Notes under the pieces: generated by a model | Databases searched by the model: none | Seen by the model: only the letters and a program-made list of their open reading frames with translations | What the model was told of the DNA's origin: nothing | Source: a virus | Taxonomy: Duplodnaviria; Heunggongvirae; Uroviricota; Caudoviricetes | Virus record (IMG/VR): IMGVR_UViG_3300047552_001889 | Coordinates: 1-64,000 of that record | Length of the DNA stretch: 64,000 bases | Reading direction: 5' to 3' (one strand) | Shown here: positions 27,189 to 36,600 of the stretch, one piece after another | Layout: every line of letters starts with the position of its first letter | Position numbering within the stretch: the first letter of the stretch is position 1 | Made by a program: the position numbers and the translations under genes

Positions 27189-27217
27189 GTTATACGCTTA
27201 TTTTATTTTTATGTTTC
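27189..27217 (-). promoter_or_regulatory. phage promoter GAAACA-N17-TATAAC
   Basis: Minus strand reads gaaaca-taaaaataaaataagcg-tataac; it heads the minus-strand gene block 27183 to 24898. Confidence 0.5.
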
Positions 27218-27236
27218 ATTTTTCTATATTGTTTAT

Positions 27237-27539
27237 ATGAAATCTAGTGGAAAAAGAATAAAGGTTCCAACATTTGATGGTACACTTAAGAGTTATGACC
27301 TACACGAGGAATTGTCACATAAATTAAAAGGAATCTTAGGAAGACATCATTCTAATTATACAAATTCATTAGAGTCACATAAGAAGTGGATAGATTCTTA
27401 TGGAACTCAGATAAACAGAATTATAAGAAAGAGAAGTATTATAGAATTAGATGTAACAGAGCGAAAGATGCTTATGTTATTAATTGAGGGGAGTCTTAAG
27501 CACGAATACGAATATATTTTACAAAAATACTGCATATAA
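27237..27539 (+). CDS. hypothetical protein
   Basis: ORF only. Confidence 0.3.
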   Translation: MKSSGKRIKVPTFDGTLKSYDLHEELSHKLKGILGRHHSNYTNSLESHKKWIDSYGTQINRIIRKRSIIELDVTERKMLMLLIEGSLKHEYEYILQKYCI

Positions 27540-27961
27540 TGAAAAAAATTACTGTATCATTTGATTTTGATGGAACACTAAGTGACCAATTCTTTGGAGA
27601 TATAAATTCAGAAGGTGAAGATGTCAAGGAATTGTTTAGAAGCCTTGCAAACTCTGAGGAGTTTGAGGTGTTGGTCATAACTAGAAGGTTCGGTCCAGAA
27701 AATTCTCAAGAAGGGCTAGGGGATGAGCATGTTGCCGTTTATGAATTAATCGAAAAGTTAAAAAGCGACTTTCCAAAAGAAAAAATTGTATTTACTAATA
27801 GAAAGTACAAGTTTAGCTTTATTAATAATCTTGGAGTTGATATTCATTTTGATGATGACCCTCAGGAACACTATTTGATAAGGCAGTATTCAAATGGAAG
27901 CTCAGTAGATGTTCAACAACCAGGCTGGAAAATGAAATTCGAGGAGCTTCTGCAAAAGTGA
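27539..27961 (+). CDS. HAD-superfamily phosphatase
   Basis: VSFDFDGTLSD is HAD motif I (DxDGT), and FDDDP near the C-terminus fits motif IV. Confidence 0.5.
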   Translation: MKKITVSFDFDGTLSDQFFGDINSEGEDVKELFRSLANSEEFEVLVITRRFGPENSQEGLGDEHVAVYELIEKLKSDFPKEKIVFTNRKYKFSFINNLGVDIHFDDDPQEHYLIRQYSNGSSVDVQQPGWKMKFEELLQK

Positions 27962-28353
27962 AGCTTATGAGAGAACTTAATACAAAGAAGGGGGTGCTAC
28001 TTATAACCTATACTCAATATGAGGTTGATAGGAAAGTAGAGGAATTCTTAGAAACTAATGATTCTGATGGATGTAGACAGTTTCTGGATGGGCTAAGGTC
28101 ATTTAACCCAGAGTCAAGTTCTTGCATCACCACAGAAGAGGCTGAGAAATACACTGGCCTAGAAAAGAAAAAGAACAAGTCAAACCCTTATAATCTATAT
28201 ACAAACTATAAGGGCACTCCATTTGGCATCCACATAAATGAAATTCAGCTATTATTTAAGGACCCAGTTTTAAGTCTTAAGTCTGCCTTTGAGAGAGGTG
28301 CACCAGAGTTTGACTACGAGCTAGATTTTTTCCTACCAACCAAAGAAAAGTAA
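27958..28353 (+). CDS. hypothetical protein
   Basis: ORF only. Confidence 0.3.
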   Translation: MKLMRELNTKKGVLLITYTQYEVDRKVEEFLETNDSDGCRQFLDGLRSFNPESSSCITTEEAEKYTGLEKKKNKSNPYNLYTNYKGTPFGIHINEIQLLFKDPVLSLKSAFERGAPEFDYELDFFLPTKEK

Positions 28354-28378
28354 CATTTTTATTTCTATTGCGTATAAT
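28350..28378 (+). promoter_or_regulatory. phage promoter GTAACA-N17-TATAAT
   Basis: gtaaca-tttttatttctattgcg-tataat. The next gene starts 120 nt downstream. Confidence 0.5.
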
Positions 28379-28497
28379 ACTCGATTTGAATGGCTTATAT
28401 TTCATTCTAATCATGGCGAGTATGATTTATTTTAACAAAAATTTTGCTGTATATTCAAAATGTTGTATATTCGCTACCAAATTAAAAGTATTTTAAT

Positions 28498-29229
28498 ATG
28501 GGATGGTGGAACCAAACAATCTATGGAGGAGACGAGCCTCTTAAGTGGCAGGGTGAAATTTACGGCTTCTGCAACTATGAAATCTACGGAAAGAATAATA
28601 AGGTTCAACCTATTCCTGTAGATTTATTATCTAAAAAGATTAATGACATCGTAAGCTTCATTGAAAGCAAGTCTGGAGAATACAATAGCTATATCGGATT
28701 CCAGGTTCTTGGTGCAATTTTAATGCACTCTGGGTTTAACATCAATGGTGTTGATGGTCTCTCTGAAACTATTATTAATTCAACTGATGAGGATGAGTAT
28801 GCAAAGGAAAATACCATCCGAAAAAATGTGATGAGAAACTTCAAGAAGTTAATTCAAGATTTTGACCCTTCACAACCAGTAAATGTTCAAGAGCTGATTA
28901 TCACAAAAGAGCCTGAGGAACCTGAAGATGCTCTTAGAAAAGAGTTTAAGATTATATTTGACCTCATTAAGGCTAGAAAAAGAAAGCTTGAGAAGGGCAA
29001 AGGGGAGTCATCTGGAAATGCTGAATATGATGAAGGCTTTGCTGATGCGTCTCAAGAGGAGGTAGATTTCCTTACAGACTTCACTGAATTGCTATCAAAG
29101 ATGGAGATGATGGGAGTTCTTTTTGAGAAAATATCTGAAAACATTTCAGCTCCATCAGCTAGTAGTGGTCAGAAAATAAGCTCTAGTCCATCTGGACATG
29201 GTTCAGGTAGGGACGTGATGCCAGGATAA
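28498..29229 (+). CDS. hypothetical protein
   Basis: 243-aa ORF with an acidic C-terminal half. Confidence 0.3.
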   Translation: MGWWNQTIYGGDEPLKWQGEIYGFCNYEIYGKNNKVQPIPVDLLSKKINDIVSFIESKSGEYNSYIGFQVLGAILMHSGFNINGVDGLSETIINSTDEDEYAKENTIRKNVMRNFKKLIQDFDPSQPVNVQELIITKEPEEPEDALRKEFKIIFDLIKARKRKLEKGKGESSGNAEYDEGFADASQEEVDFLTDFTELLSKMEMMGVLFEKISENISAPSASSGQKISSSPSGHGSGRDVMPG

Positions 29230-29252
29230 ATTTAAAATCAAAAACAAATACA

Positions 29253-29468
29253 ATGATAGTATCAGGATTACCAACGCTTATCGTTTTAGCGATTGCTGTA
29301 TTGATTACAGTGGTTTACTACATGAGATACAAGAAAACTTGGATGGGCCACTGGCTTGTTGTTTTGCTTGTGTTTTCTCTTAACTTCTTCTTTTTCGCAT
29401 ATGGCGTTATCGTTTTTCTTGTGGGTGAGGTTATACGCTCCAAGATGAAGAAAAAGCCTATTGAGTAA
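29253..29468 (+). CDS. small membrane protein
   Basis: Two TM helices. Confidence 0.3.
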   Translation: MIVSGLPTLIVLAIAVLITVVYYMRYKKTWMGHWLVVLLVFSLNFFFFAYGVIVFLVGEVIRSKMKKKPIE

Positions 29469-29482
29469 AAAACTTAACACCT

Positions 29483-30112
29483 TTGGATATGAGTTTAAAA
29501 TCATATAATATTCAGAACAAGGGAGACGTATCAAAGATTGTTGAGGGTTGTAAGAAAGGGGACAGAAAGATGCAACAAATTCTGTTTGAGCTTACCTATG
29601 GTAAAAGTATGTCTGCAGCTCTTAGATACTCTCCAGATAAGGCTTCCGCAATGGATGTTGTAAGTGACTCATATCTAAAGGTTTTTTCTAAGATAGACAC
29701 TTTTGATGAAAGTGGCAGCCTTGAGGGTTGGATTAGAAGAATTGTTGTTAACACAGCAATTGATGTTATCAGAAGAAATAAGGGAATTTACTTTGAAGAT
29801 GTTCAAAACGCTGAGGATGTTGGTCTAAATTTAGAAAACAACTTTATGGTTGATGGGCTTGAGTCCGCAGACCTATCTCCAGACGAGGTTATGGATATAA
29901 TTCAAAAATTGTCTCCAGGATATAAGGCGGTATTCAATATGTTTGTATTTGAAGAGATGAGCCACAAGGAAATATCTGAAGCCCTAGAAATATCTGAAGG
30001 AGCATCTAAGTCAAACCTATCCAGAGCAAGGAACACCATCAAGAAAGAAATAGAATTGCTGAAGGAAAAGAGTCTTAGAAGACAAGAAACAATGAAAGAA
30101 CTGTACAAATGA
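29483..30112 (+). CDS. ECF-type sigma-70 family sigma factor
   Basis: Region 2 (DVVSDSYLKVF...GWIRRIVVNTAIDVIRR) and region 4 HTH (MSHKEISEALEISEGASKSNLSRARNTIKKEI). Confidence 0.7.
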   Translation: MDMSLKSYNIQNKGDVSKIVEGCKKGDRKMQQILFELTYGKSMSAALRYSPDKASAMDVVSDSYLKVFSKIDTFDESGSLEGWIRRIVVNTAIDVIRRNKGIYFEDVQNAEDVGLNLENNFMVDGLESADLSPDEVMDIIQKLSPGYKAVFNMFVFEEMSHKEISEALEISEGASKSNLSRARNTIKKEIELLKEKSLRRQETMKELYK

Positions 30113-30588
30113 GTTGGCTATGGCCCATACCATCTGTTAAAAAGTCAATCCCAGGCAAAGATACTCAAGGATTCTTTGGTGCTGTAAGAAAGCATGACAT
30201 TCATACAGGAGTTGACATATATTGCAATCCAAATTGTAAGGTTATAGCTGTAGAGTCTGGTGTTGTTAAGCACATCGAAAACTTCACAGGTCCATCCGCT
30301 GGTTCTCCATGGTGGAGAGAAACCAAGGCTGTATGGGTTGAGGGTGACAGTGGAGTTGTTGTCTATGGTGAATTGGACCCAATCGTAAATATCGGAGACT
30401 CAATTAACGCTGGTGACACCATAGGATACGTTCAAACAGTTCTGGCAAATGATAAGGGCTTACCGATGACCATGCTTCATATTGAGCTTTACACCAAGGG
30501 TATGACTGAGACTGTTTGGTGGAGGCATGAAGAAGAAAAGCCAGAATCGTTGCTTGACCCAACGGAGTTTTTAATTAATTCAATTTAA
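30109..30588 (+). CDS. M23/LytM-like peptidase domain protein
   Basis: HTGVDIY..GVVKHIE..GDTIGYVQ..MLHIELY resembles the M23 HxxxD...HxH pattern. Confidence 0.45.
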   Translation: MSWLWPIPSVKKSIPGKDTQGFFGAVRKHDIHTGVDIYCNPNCKVIAVESGVVKHIENFTGPSAGSPWWRETKAVWVEGDSGVVVYGELDPIVNIGDSINAGDTIGYVQTVLANDKGLPMTMLHIELYTKGMTETVWWRHEEEKPESLLDPTEFLINSI

Positions 30589-30599
30589 AATCAATAATT

Positions 30600-31427
30600 A
30601 TGTGTATTACATCTGCATCAGCTAAGTTATCCAATACAAGAATCCTTTCAATGGCTCTTGATAATGGAAGACACATGCTATCTTACAGCAATAGTGCAAC
30701 CAATTTATCAGGCAAGAAAAATTCAATGATTCTTCCAATTCCAGGAACGCTAAGAAAGGAATGGTTCTATGATACAAGAGGATATAATAACTTCTTGAAG
30801 GATATTGAAAATAGGGCATACATTGGATATGATGAAAGCCATGGTATTTACTCAAGGGGCACTCTTAGCTTCAATTCAAAGAGCTTTGATAGATTTAATC
30901 TTGGTATATATGACGTTCTTATTGCAAATGACATAAGAAATATGGTCGATAGACTTGGGCCAACTGGTCCTGAAATATCTGAAGAGTTGATTACTTTTTT
31001 TGAGAATCACTATAGTGGTTGGTATTTCTTGATGTGCATCTTTGAAGGTAGTGAAAAAATGGATTCTCAGCCTATTACATTTGAGTATGAGCCAAAGCAC
31101 CCTAATTGGCTTTACTTCCCAACAATGGATTCTCACGATGGAAGCGCTCCTAACTTAAGTGAAAAAGTTAAGATGGAACACTCTCTTATGTATGAGTATC
31201 CAGGTCTTACAGACAGAATTGTGAACAATATGGATTTTACTCAAGGTGTTCCAGAGATTCTTAAGAGGAGAAACTATGTTTCGACCAAGTGGGATAAGGA
31301 ATACTTGAATGGCGACATGTATATGAGTCTTGAAATATTGAATAAGAGAACAGACAGTAGGTCTCTTTGCTATGACGGATTCAAGAGGTTTTCATCTCAT
31401 CCAGAGGCAAATTTAATCGTTTCTTGA
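30600..31427 (+). CDS. hypothetical protein
   Basis: ORF only. Confidence 0.3.
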   Translation: MCITSASAKLSNTRILSMALDNGRHMLSYSNSATNLSGKKNSMILPIPGTLRKEWFYDTRGYNNFLKDIENRAYIGYDESHGIYSRGTLSFNSKSFDRFNLGIYDVLIANDIRNMVDRLGPTGPEISEELITFFENHYSGWYFLMCIFEGSEKMDSQPITFEYEPKHPNWLYFPTMDSHDGSAPNLSEKVKMEHSLMYEYPGLTDRIVNNMDFTQGVPEILKRRNYVSTKWDKEYLNGDMYMSLEILNKRTDSRSLCYDGFKRFSSHPEANLIVS

Positions 31428-31454
31428 AACAAAAATGGATTATTTCCGTATAAT
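31426..31454 (+). promoter_or_regulatory. phage promoter GAAACA-N17-TATAAT
   Basis: gaaaca-aaaatggattatttccg-tataat, 26 nt upstream of the ATG at 31481. Confidence 0.5.
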
Positions 31455-31480
31455 TAATGAATTTTAAGAATTGATTAAAC

Positions 31481-32374
31481 ATGAAGATATTATTTCCTTG
31501 TCATGAACTAGATGGGCTTAAAAAAGTAGATGATGCATACTTGGAAGAGTATAATTCAGCAAAACTTATTGGTTTTGAATGCTTTCTTTTTGACCACGAC
31601 AAGTTTGTTCGAGGCTGTTTATCAACGAATCTAAATACTTTTGAGCAAGAGGAAACTATCATGCTTAGAAGCTGGATGCTAAAGCCTTCTGAGTACAGAG
31701 ACCTATTTGATATTATTAAGGAAGGTTATAATGCATTGCTAGTAAACAATCCTAATCAGTATATTAACTGTCATTACTTTACTGGTTCATACGAATTGAT
31801 AAAGAGTCACACTGCAAAGTCAATTTCAATCTCTCTTACAGAGCTTAATGAAGAAATGTTGCAGCATGTGTCTGATACTTTCTCTGGAAAGAGTTTCTTG
31901 ATGAAAGACTTTGTTAAGTCTGCTAAGGAAAGGCCTGAATTATTCATAATGCCAGCTGGAATCTCTGGAAAAGACCTCTTAAAGAAGGTTGAAGAGTTCA
32001 TAGAATATAGAGGAAGTCTATTCAATGAAGGAATCGTATTCAAGGAATTCGAAGAATTATATATTGATGTTGATGGAAATCTGAATGAGTGGAGATTATT
32101 CTTCATGAATGGAGACCTTGTTTCAAATAGTCCAAACTCCAACCAAAAAGAGCCGCTGATTAAGCCTTCAGATTTTTTTGTGAAAGATGTTGTATCAATA
32201 ATAGCTTCAAAGCTTGATAGCAACTTCTTTACAATTGATGTGGCAATGAAAAAAAATGGAACTTGGATGATTGTAGAGACTGGTGACGGTCAAGTATCTG
32301 GGTTATCTCCATTTCAAAACATACTTGAGTTCTATACTTCAATTCAAATGCGTCAATTAAAAAGTACACACTAA
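31481..32374 (+). CDS. hypothetical protein, possible ATP-grasp fold enzyme
   Basis: The C-terminal IDVAMKKNGTWMIVETGDGQVSGL weakly resembles the ATP-grasp E-x-N/G loop. Confidence 0.25.
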   Translation: MKILFPCHELDGLKKVDDAYLEEYNSAKLIGFECFLFDHDKFVRGCLSTNLNTFEQEETIMLRSWMLKPSEYRDLFDIIKEGYNALLVNNPNQYINCHYFTGSYELIKSHTAKSISISLTELNEEMLQHVSDTFSGKSFLMKDFVKSAKERPELFIMPAGISGKDLLKKVEEFIEYRGSLFNEGIVFKEFEELYIDVDGNLNEWRLFFMNGDLVSNSPNSNQKEPLIKPSDFFVKDVVSIIASKLDSNFFTIDVAMKKNGTWMIVETGDGQVSGLSPFQNILEFYTSIQMRQLKSTH

Positions 32375-32441
32375 TGATTGAAGTTGATAGTCTGACAAAG
32401 GAAAATGAAGAATTAATGTCTAAATCTAAGTAATAGAAGTT

Positions 32442-32798
32442 ATGAGTATTAAAAGAGTTGGTTACACAGAAGGTATGGGCTATGTTTATGCATATTCAAA
32501 GCCTATACATTGGCACACGTTTGAGGGTAATATAAAGCTTGTTAGTGAAATAGACCATCAGCACCTATCAAACATCTATTACTTCATCAATTATACTACT
32601 GAGGTTCCATATGAGAGCTTTGTGGTTAACATAATTAACAAAGAAATCATTGAGAGGTTTGATGGTGTAGTCCTAGACTACAGACCCTTAAGAAGATTTG
32701 CATTAGAAATGAAATTGCTATCCAGAAAAGGCTATTTGCAAGAAAATGGTGAAATCATCATAAATGGTGAGCTGGTAGGTAAAGTAGAAGAAGAATAA
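32442..32798 (+). CDS. hypothetical protein
   Basis: ORF only. Confidence 0.3.
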   Translation: MSIKRVGYTEGMGYVYAYSKPIHWHTFEGNIKLVSEIDHQHLSNIYYFINYTTEVPYESFVVNIINKEIIERFDGVVLDYRPLRRFALEMKLLSRKGYLQENGEIIINGELVGKVEEE

Positions 32799-32802
32799 AA
32801 AA

Positions 32803-34755
32803 ATGACAAAAGAACAAAAAGAAGGAATTATTGAATTATCCAGAAATGGAAATGCCTATGTAAGATTTGGAAGTGCTGAGTCTGAAGAGCGAATATTTGT
32901 ACATAAGAAAAACATCAACCGAGCGCTTGATGGCGACAAGGTGTCATTTACAATTACCTCTCAAAGTGGTGAATACAAGGAAGCAAAAGTAGATGGAATC
33001 GTAGAGAGGGTCAGAATTGACTTCTCTGGTGTTATTGAAATCAATAAGGAAAAGGGGCATGCATTTGTAAGAACATCTGGTGGAAGTATGCCAGTTGACT
33101 TTTATGTTCCAATAGAAAATATAAAGGATGCCAATAATGGTGATGTTGTGGTTGTTCGACTACTCCGTTGGTATAAGAAAGAAAAAAGCCCTACTGGGAT
33201 TGTTGTAAAAGTGCTTGGAAAGGCGAATACACATGAAACTGAGATGGGCTCTATCATGTTCAAGCATGGTATTGACTATTCTTTCCCTGAAGAGGTTGAA
33301 AAGGAAGCAAATGCAATTCCAATTGAGATTCCTGAGTCTGAAATTCTAAAGCGTAGGGATATGCGTGATGTCCTTACAATTACGATTGACCCAGAGACAG
33401 CGAAGGATTTTGATGATGCTATATCGTTTCAGAGACTGGAAAATGGTAACTACGAAGTAGGTGTTCATATTGCAGATGTGGCTCACTACATAAAGCCAGG
33501 AAGTGCTCTTGACAAAGAAGCATTTGCTAGGGCAACATCAGTTTACTTAGTGGACCGATGCATACCGATGCTTCCAGAAAGATTGTCAAATGGAATTTGC
33601 TCGCTAAGGCCAAATGAGGATAAACTTACTTTCTCTGTAATTTTTGAGATTTCGAAAGATGGTGAGATTCAGAAACATAGCTTCAAGAAGACTGTGATTA
33701 ATTCTGATGTAAGACTTACATATGAGCAAGCTCAGGAAATAATTGAATCAGGTAGTAGAGCTCATGAAATACCATTTATGGCAACAAGTTCATGGACTGC
33801 TAAGCATGCGAATGAAGATAAAGCTGTTTTGATTCTTAATGACTTGGCAAAAAAAATTAGAGCGCAGAGATTTAAGGATGGAGCTGTTAGCTTCAATAGA
33901 AGAGAACCACACTTTGTTCTTGATGAGGCTGGAGCTCCTGTGGATGTTTTCTTTCATGAGTCAGAGGATTCTCACCAGCTTATTGAAGAGTTCATGCTTC
34001 TTGCAAACAGATATGTAGCTACATTTGCTCATAAGAAGTCTGTTCCATTTGTATACAGAACACACGACCTTCCAAGTCAAGAGAAGCTTCAAGAACTAAG
34101 CTTGTTTGTTAAGCAATTCGGATATACATTCAATACATCTGGAAGCATTAGTCAAACTAAGGCATCTCTTAATGAAATGCTTAAGCAGGCTCAGGGTAGT
34201 GGTGAAGAGGCTATGATTTCTACATTGGCAATTCGCTCTATGTCGAAGGCTATTTATTCAACACAGATAATTGGTCACTATGGTCTTGGATTCAAGCACT
34301 ACAGTCACTTTACAAGTCCGATTAGAAGGTATCCAGACTTGATTGCTCATAGACTTCTTTGGAGTCTTCTTCAGAATAAGACTGGAGATGTTTCAAAGCT
34401 TAACTCGCAATGTGAACACTGCAGCGAAATGGAAAATAGAGCTGCAAAGGCACAAAGAGAGTCAATCAAGTACAAACAATGTGAGTACTTGAAGAACAAG
34501 ATTGGTGAGCAGTTCAAGGGAATCATCACAAGTGTTCCAGATTTTGGAGTCTTTGTTGAAATCATTGAGAACGGATGTGAGGGTATGATAAGCAAAGAAA
34601 ATCTTGAGAGAAATACTTTGTTTATAGACCCAGAAAACTTTTGCGTTAACAACTTGAAGAATGGTGAAACATACAGGCTTGGAGATGAGGTAACAGTGGA
34701 GGTGCTAAAGGTGAATATGCAAAGGAAACAAATTGACTTTAAAATAATTATCTAA
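32803..34755 (+). CDS. rnr: RNase R / RNase II family 3'-5' exoribonuclease (RNB domain with C-terminal S1 domain)
   Basis: RNB catalytic motifs (DPETAKDFDDAISF and HYGLGFKHYSHFTSPIRRYPDLIAHRLL) and a C-terminal S1 fold (GEQFKGIITSVPDFGVFVEI). Confidence 0.85.
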   Translation: MTKEQKEGIIELSRNGNAYVRFGSAESEERIFVHKKNINRALDGDKVSFTITSQSGEYKEAKVDGIVERVRIDFSGVIEINKEKGHAFVRTSGGSMPVDFYVPIENIKDANNGDVVVVRLLRWYKKEKSPTGIVVKVLGKANTHETEMGSIMFKHGIDYSFPEEVEKEANAIPIEIPESEILKRRDMRDVLTITIDPETAKDFDDAISFQRLENGNYEVGVHIADVAHYIKPGSALDKEAFARATSVYLVDRCIPMLPERLSNGICSLRPNEDKLTFSVIFEISKDGEIQKHSFKKTVINSDVRLTYEQAQEIIESGSRAHEIPFMATSSWTAKHANEDKAVLILNDLAKKIRAQRFKDGAVSFNRREPHFVLDEAGAPVDVFFHESEDSHQLIEEFMLLANRYVATFAHKKSVPFVYRTHDLPSQEKLQELSLFVKQFGYTFNTSGSISQTKASLNEMLKQAQGSGEEAMISTLAIRSMSKAIYSTQIIGHYGLGFKHYSHFTSPIRRYPDLIAHRLLWSLLQNKTGDVSKLNSQCEHCSEMENRAAKAQRESIKYKQCEYLKNKIGEQFKGIITSVPDFGVFVEIIENGCEGMISKENLERNTLFIDPENFCVNNLKNGETYRLGDEVTVEVLKVNMQRKQIDFKIII

Positions 34756-34756
34756 C

Positions 34757-35071
34757 ATGGAAAAGAAACAATATACAATCACAGAAGACAATGATTGGGA
34801 AGGGGAATTGTTTGGATACATTATGTATCTTACTCCTGAAGAAGCTGAAAAAATAAAAAAGAAGGCTCAAGAAATATTTGATGGGGAAGAAACTGTTACA
34901 ATTGAAGAAACAGAATATACTGCAGAAGATGTTAAGAAGATAAACAACGCATCTAGCAACTCATATATGGATAGACTTGGATTCTATGAATTTGCTTCAG
35001 AAACAGTTCTGGATGATTGGAAAGAACATGGTAGTCTTTTCTACAAGGGAAATGGACTTAATGAAATTTAA
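34757..35071 (+). CDS. hypothetical acidic protein
   Basis: ORF only. Confidence 0.3.
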   Translation: MEKKQYTITEDNDWEGELFGYIMYLTPEEAEKIKKKAQEIFDGEETVTIEETEYTAEDVKKINNASSNSYMDRLGFYEFASETVLDDWKEHGSLFYKGNGLNEI

Positions 35072-35086
35072 GCATACCAATTTAAG

Positions 35087-35281
35087 ATGGAAGATAATTT
35101 AATAAACTCCTTTGAGAGGGCTAGAAAGATTGTTCCTGGACTTAAGTTAAAACAGGAAAATTTAAAAATATCAGTCATTATTGATGATTATGAGGTTTTT
35201 TCATCTAATGGAAGCCTAAGCGAAGATTTCGTATTGGTATTTCTAAACGGTATCGCATTAGGAGTTCAATTAAAAAATTAG
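35087..35281 (+). CDS. small hypothetical protein
   Basis: ORF only. Confidence 0.25.
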   Translation: MEDNLINSFERARKIVPGLKLKQENLKISVIIDDYEVFSSNGSLSEDFVLVFLNGIALGVQLKN

Positions 35282-35285
35282 CTAT

Positions 35286-35486
35286 ATGAAAATTATTTTA
35301 AATACACTCATATACCTTGTAATTCTATCAATAGTTCAAGGTATCCTAGGTTCTCTCCTGGGGACTGAATCATTCATGTATAACTTCTTCCCAGAATCAA
35401 TCTTTAGGCTTTTAATCAGAATATGCTTTGCAGTTTATTTTGCATATCAGTGGCCAATTATAAAAAAAGATTTGTATATTAAGTAA
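35286..35486 (+). CDS. small membrane protein
   Basis: Two hydrophobic helices. Confidence 0.3.
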   Translation: MKIILNTLIYLVILSIVQGILGSLLGTESFMYNFFPESIFRLLIRICFAVYFAYQWPIIKKDLYIK

Positions 35487-35521
35487 TTATAGCATAATTT
35501 TGTCTCTTAAAGTGAGACAAA

Positions 35522-36214
35522 ATGAAATATGTAGTAATTGACATCGAGACAACAGGGGTTCCTGGAAAGGATGGGAAACTTGAAGAGCTCCAGATTATTG
35601 AGTTTGGGGCTATAATTGAGGATACAAATAATCCTCTAAGCTGGGATGATATTCCGAAGTTTAACAAGATTATACGCCATGAGCAATATAGAGGTGGAGC
35701 GTTTGCAATAAATCTTAATGCTAGGATTTTTGACATACTTGCAAAGCGTGAAAATTTTAAGAGAAACGAAAGAGGTGAATACGATTCACATCATGGGATT
35801 ATTGAGCTTGGTGACCTTGCAAAAGAGTTCTTCGATTTTTTAATTCCTCATCTTGGGAAGTTTAAAGATGATGAAAGTTTTGAGTCGGCATTGTCTAATT
35901 CTGACATTTATAGACAGGCCCCTCTGACGATTACTCCAGCTGGTAAGAACTTTGATGCATTTGATAGGAAGTTCATCGAGCTTATACCAAAGTGGGATAG
36001 CTACGTAAGACTTAGACATAGAACTCTCGACCCTACAACTGCTTATGTTGACTGGTATGTTGATGAACAGCCTCCAGGTCTTGGAGATTGCCTACAGAGA
36101 GCTGGAATAATTAAGCAAGTATCTCACTGTGCTGTTGAGGATTGCTGGGATACTCTTGAAGTGCTAAGAAAAGAATATTCAATTCAGAAGCCATGGATGA
36201 AAAAGCAAATGTGA
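35522..36214 (+). CDS. DEDD-family 3'-5' exonuclease
   Basis: VVIDIETTG (Exo I) and IIEFGAI are present, with a C-terminal H/Y-x(4)-D-type motif (HCAVEDCWD). Confidence 0.55.
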   Translation: MKYVVIDIETTGVPGKDGKLEELQIIEFGAIIEDTNNPLSWDDIPKFNKIIRHEQYRGGAFAINLNARIFDILAKRENFKRNERGEYDSHHGIIELGDLAKEFFDFLIPHLGKFKDDESFESALSNSDIYRQAPLTITPAGKNFDAFDRKFIELIPKWDSYVRLRHRTLDPTTAYVDWYVDEQPPGLGDCLQRAGIIKQVSHCAVEDCWDTLEVLRKEYSIQKPWMKKQM

Positions 36215-36597
36215 GTAATGTAGCTCAAAACATTATAGATTTAGCAACTGGATTAGTTGGGGAGTTCTTATTTAAAGAAATTTCTTATAAGAGTGAATAT
36301 TCAACAGAATTAATTTTCTGTAAAAAAAATGAAGAGCTAAATTTAGAAAAAAATTTTTATAAATTTTCAATCACTTCAACAGATAAGTGGAATTCTGTTT
36401 TTTTGATATGTCTTGAATATGTTGAAATAATTGATATTGATAAGTGGCCTTATAAACGTTATTTTGGAACATATCAAGAAATTCAAAATTTTGATAAAAT
36501 AGTTGAATTATTGAGTGAGCATAATTATAATTTTGCTGACAACATTTTATACGCTTATAATAAAGTAATTGAAAAGCAAAAAGAAAAAAGAAAATAG
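36193..36597 (+). CDS. hypothetical protein
   Basis: ORF only. Confidence 0.3.
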   Translation: MDEKANVSNVAQNIIDLATGLVGEFLFKEISYKSEYSTELIFCKKNEELNLEKNFYKFSITSTDKWNSVFLICLEYVEIIDIDKWPYKRYFGTYQEIQNFDKIVELLSEHNYNFADNILYAYNKVIEKQKEKRK

Positions 36598-36600
36598 TAT

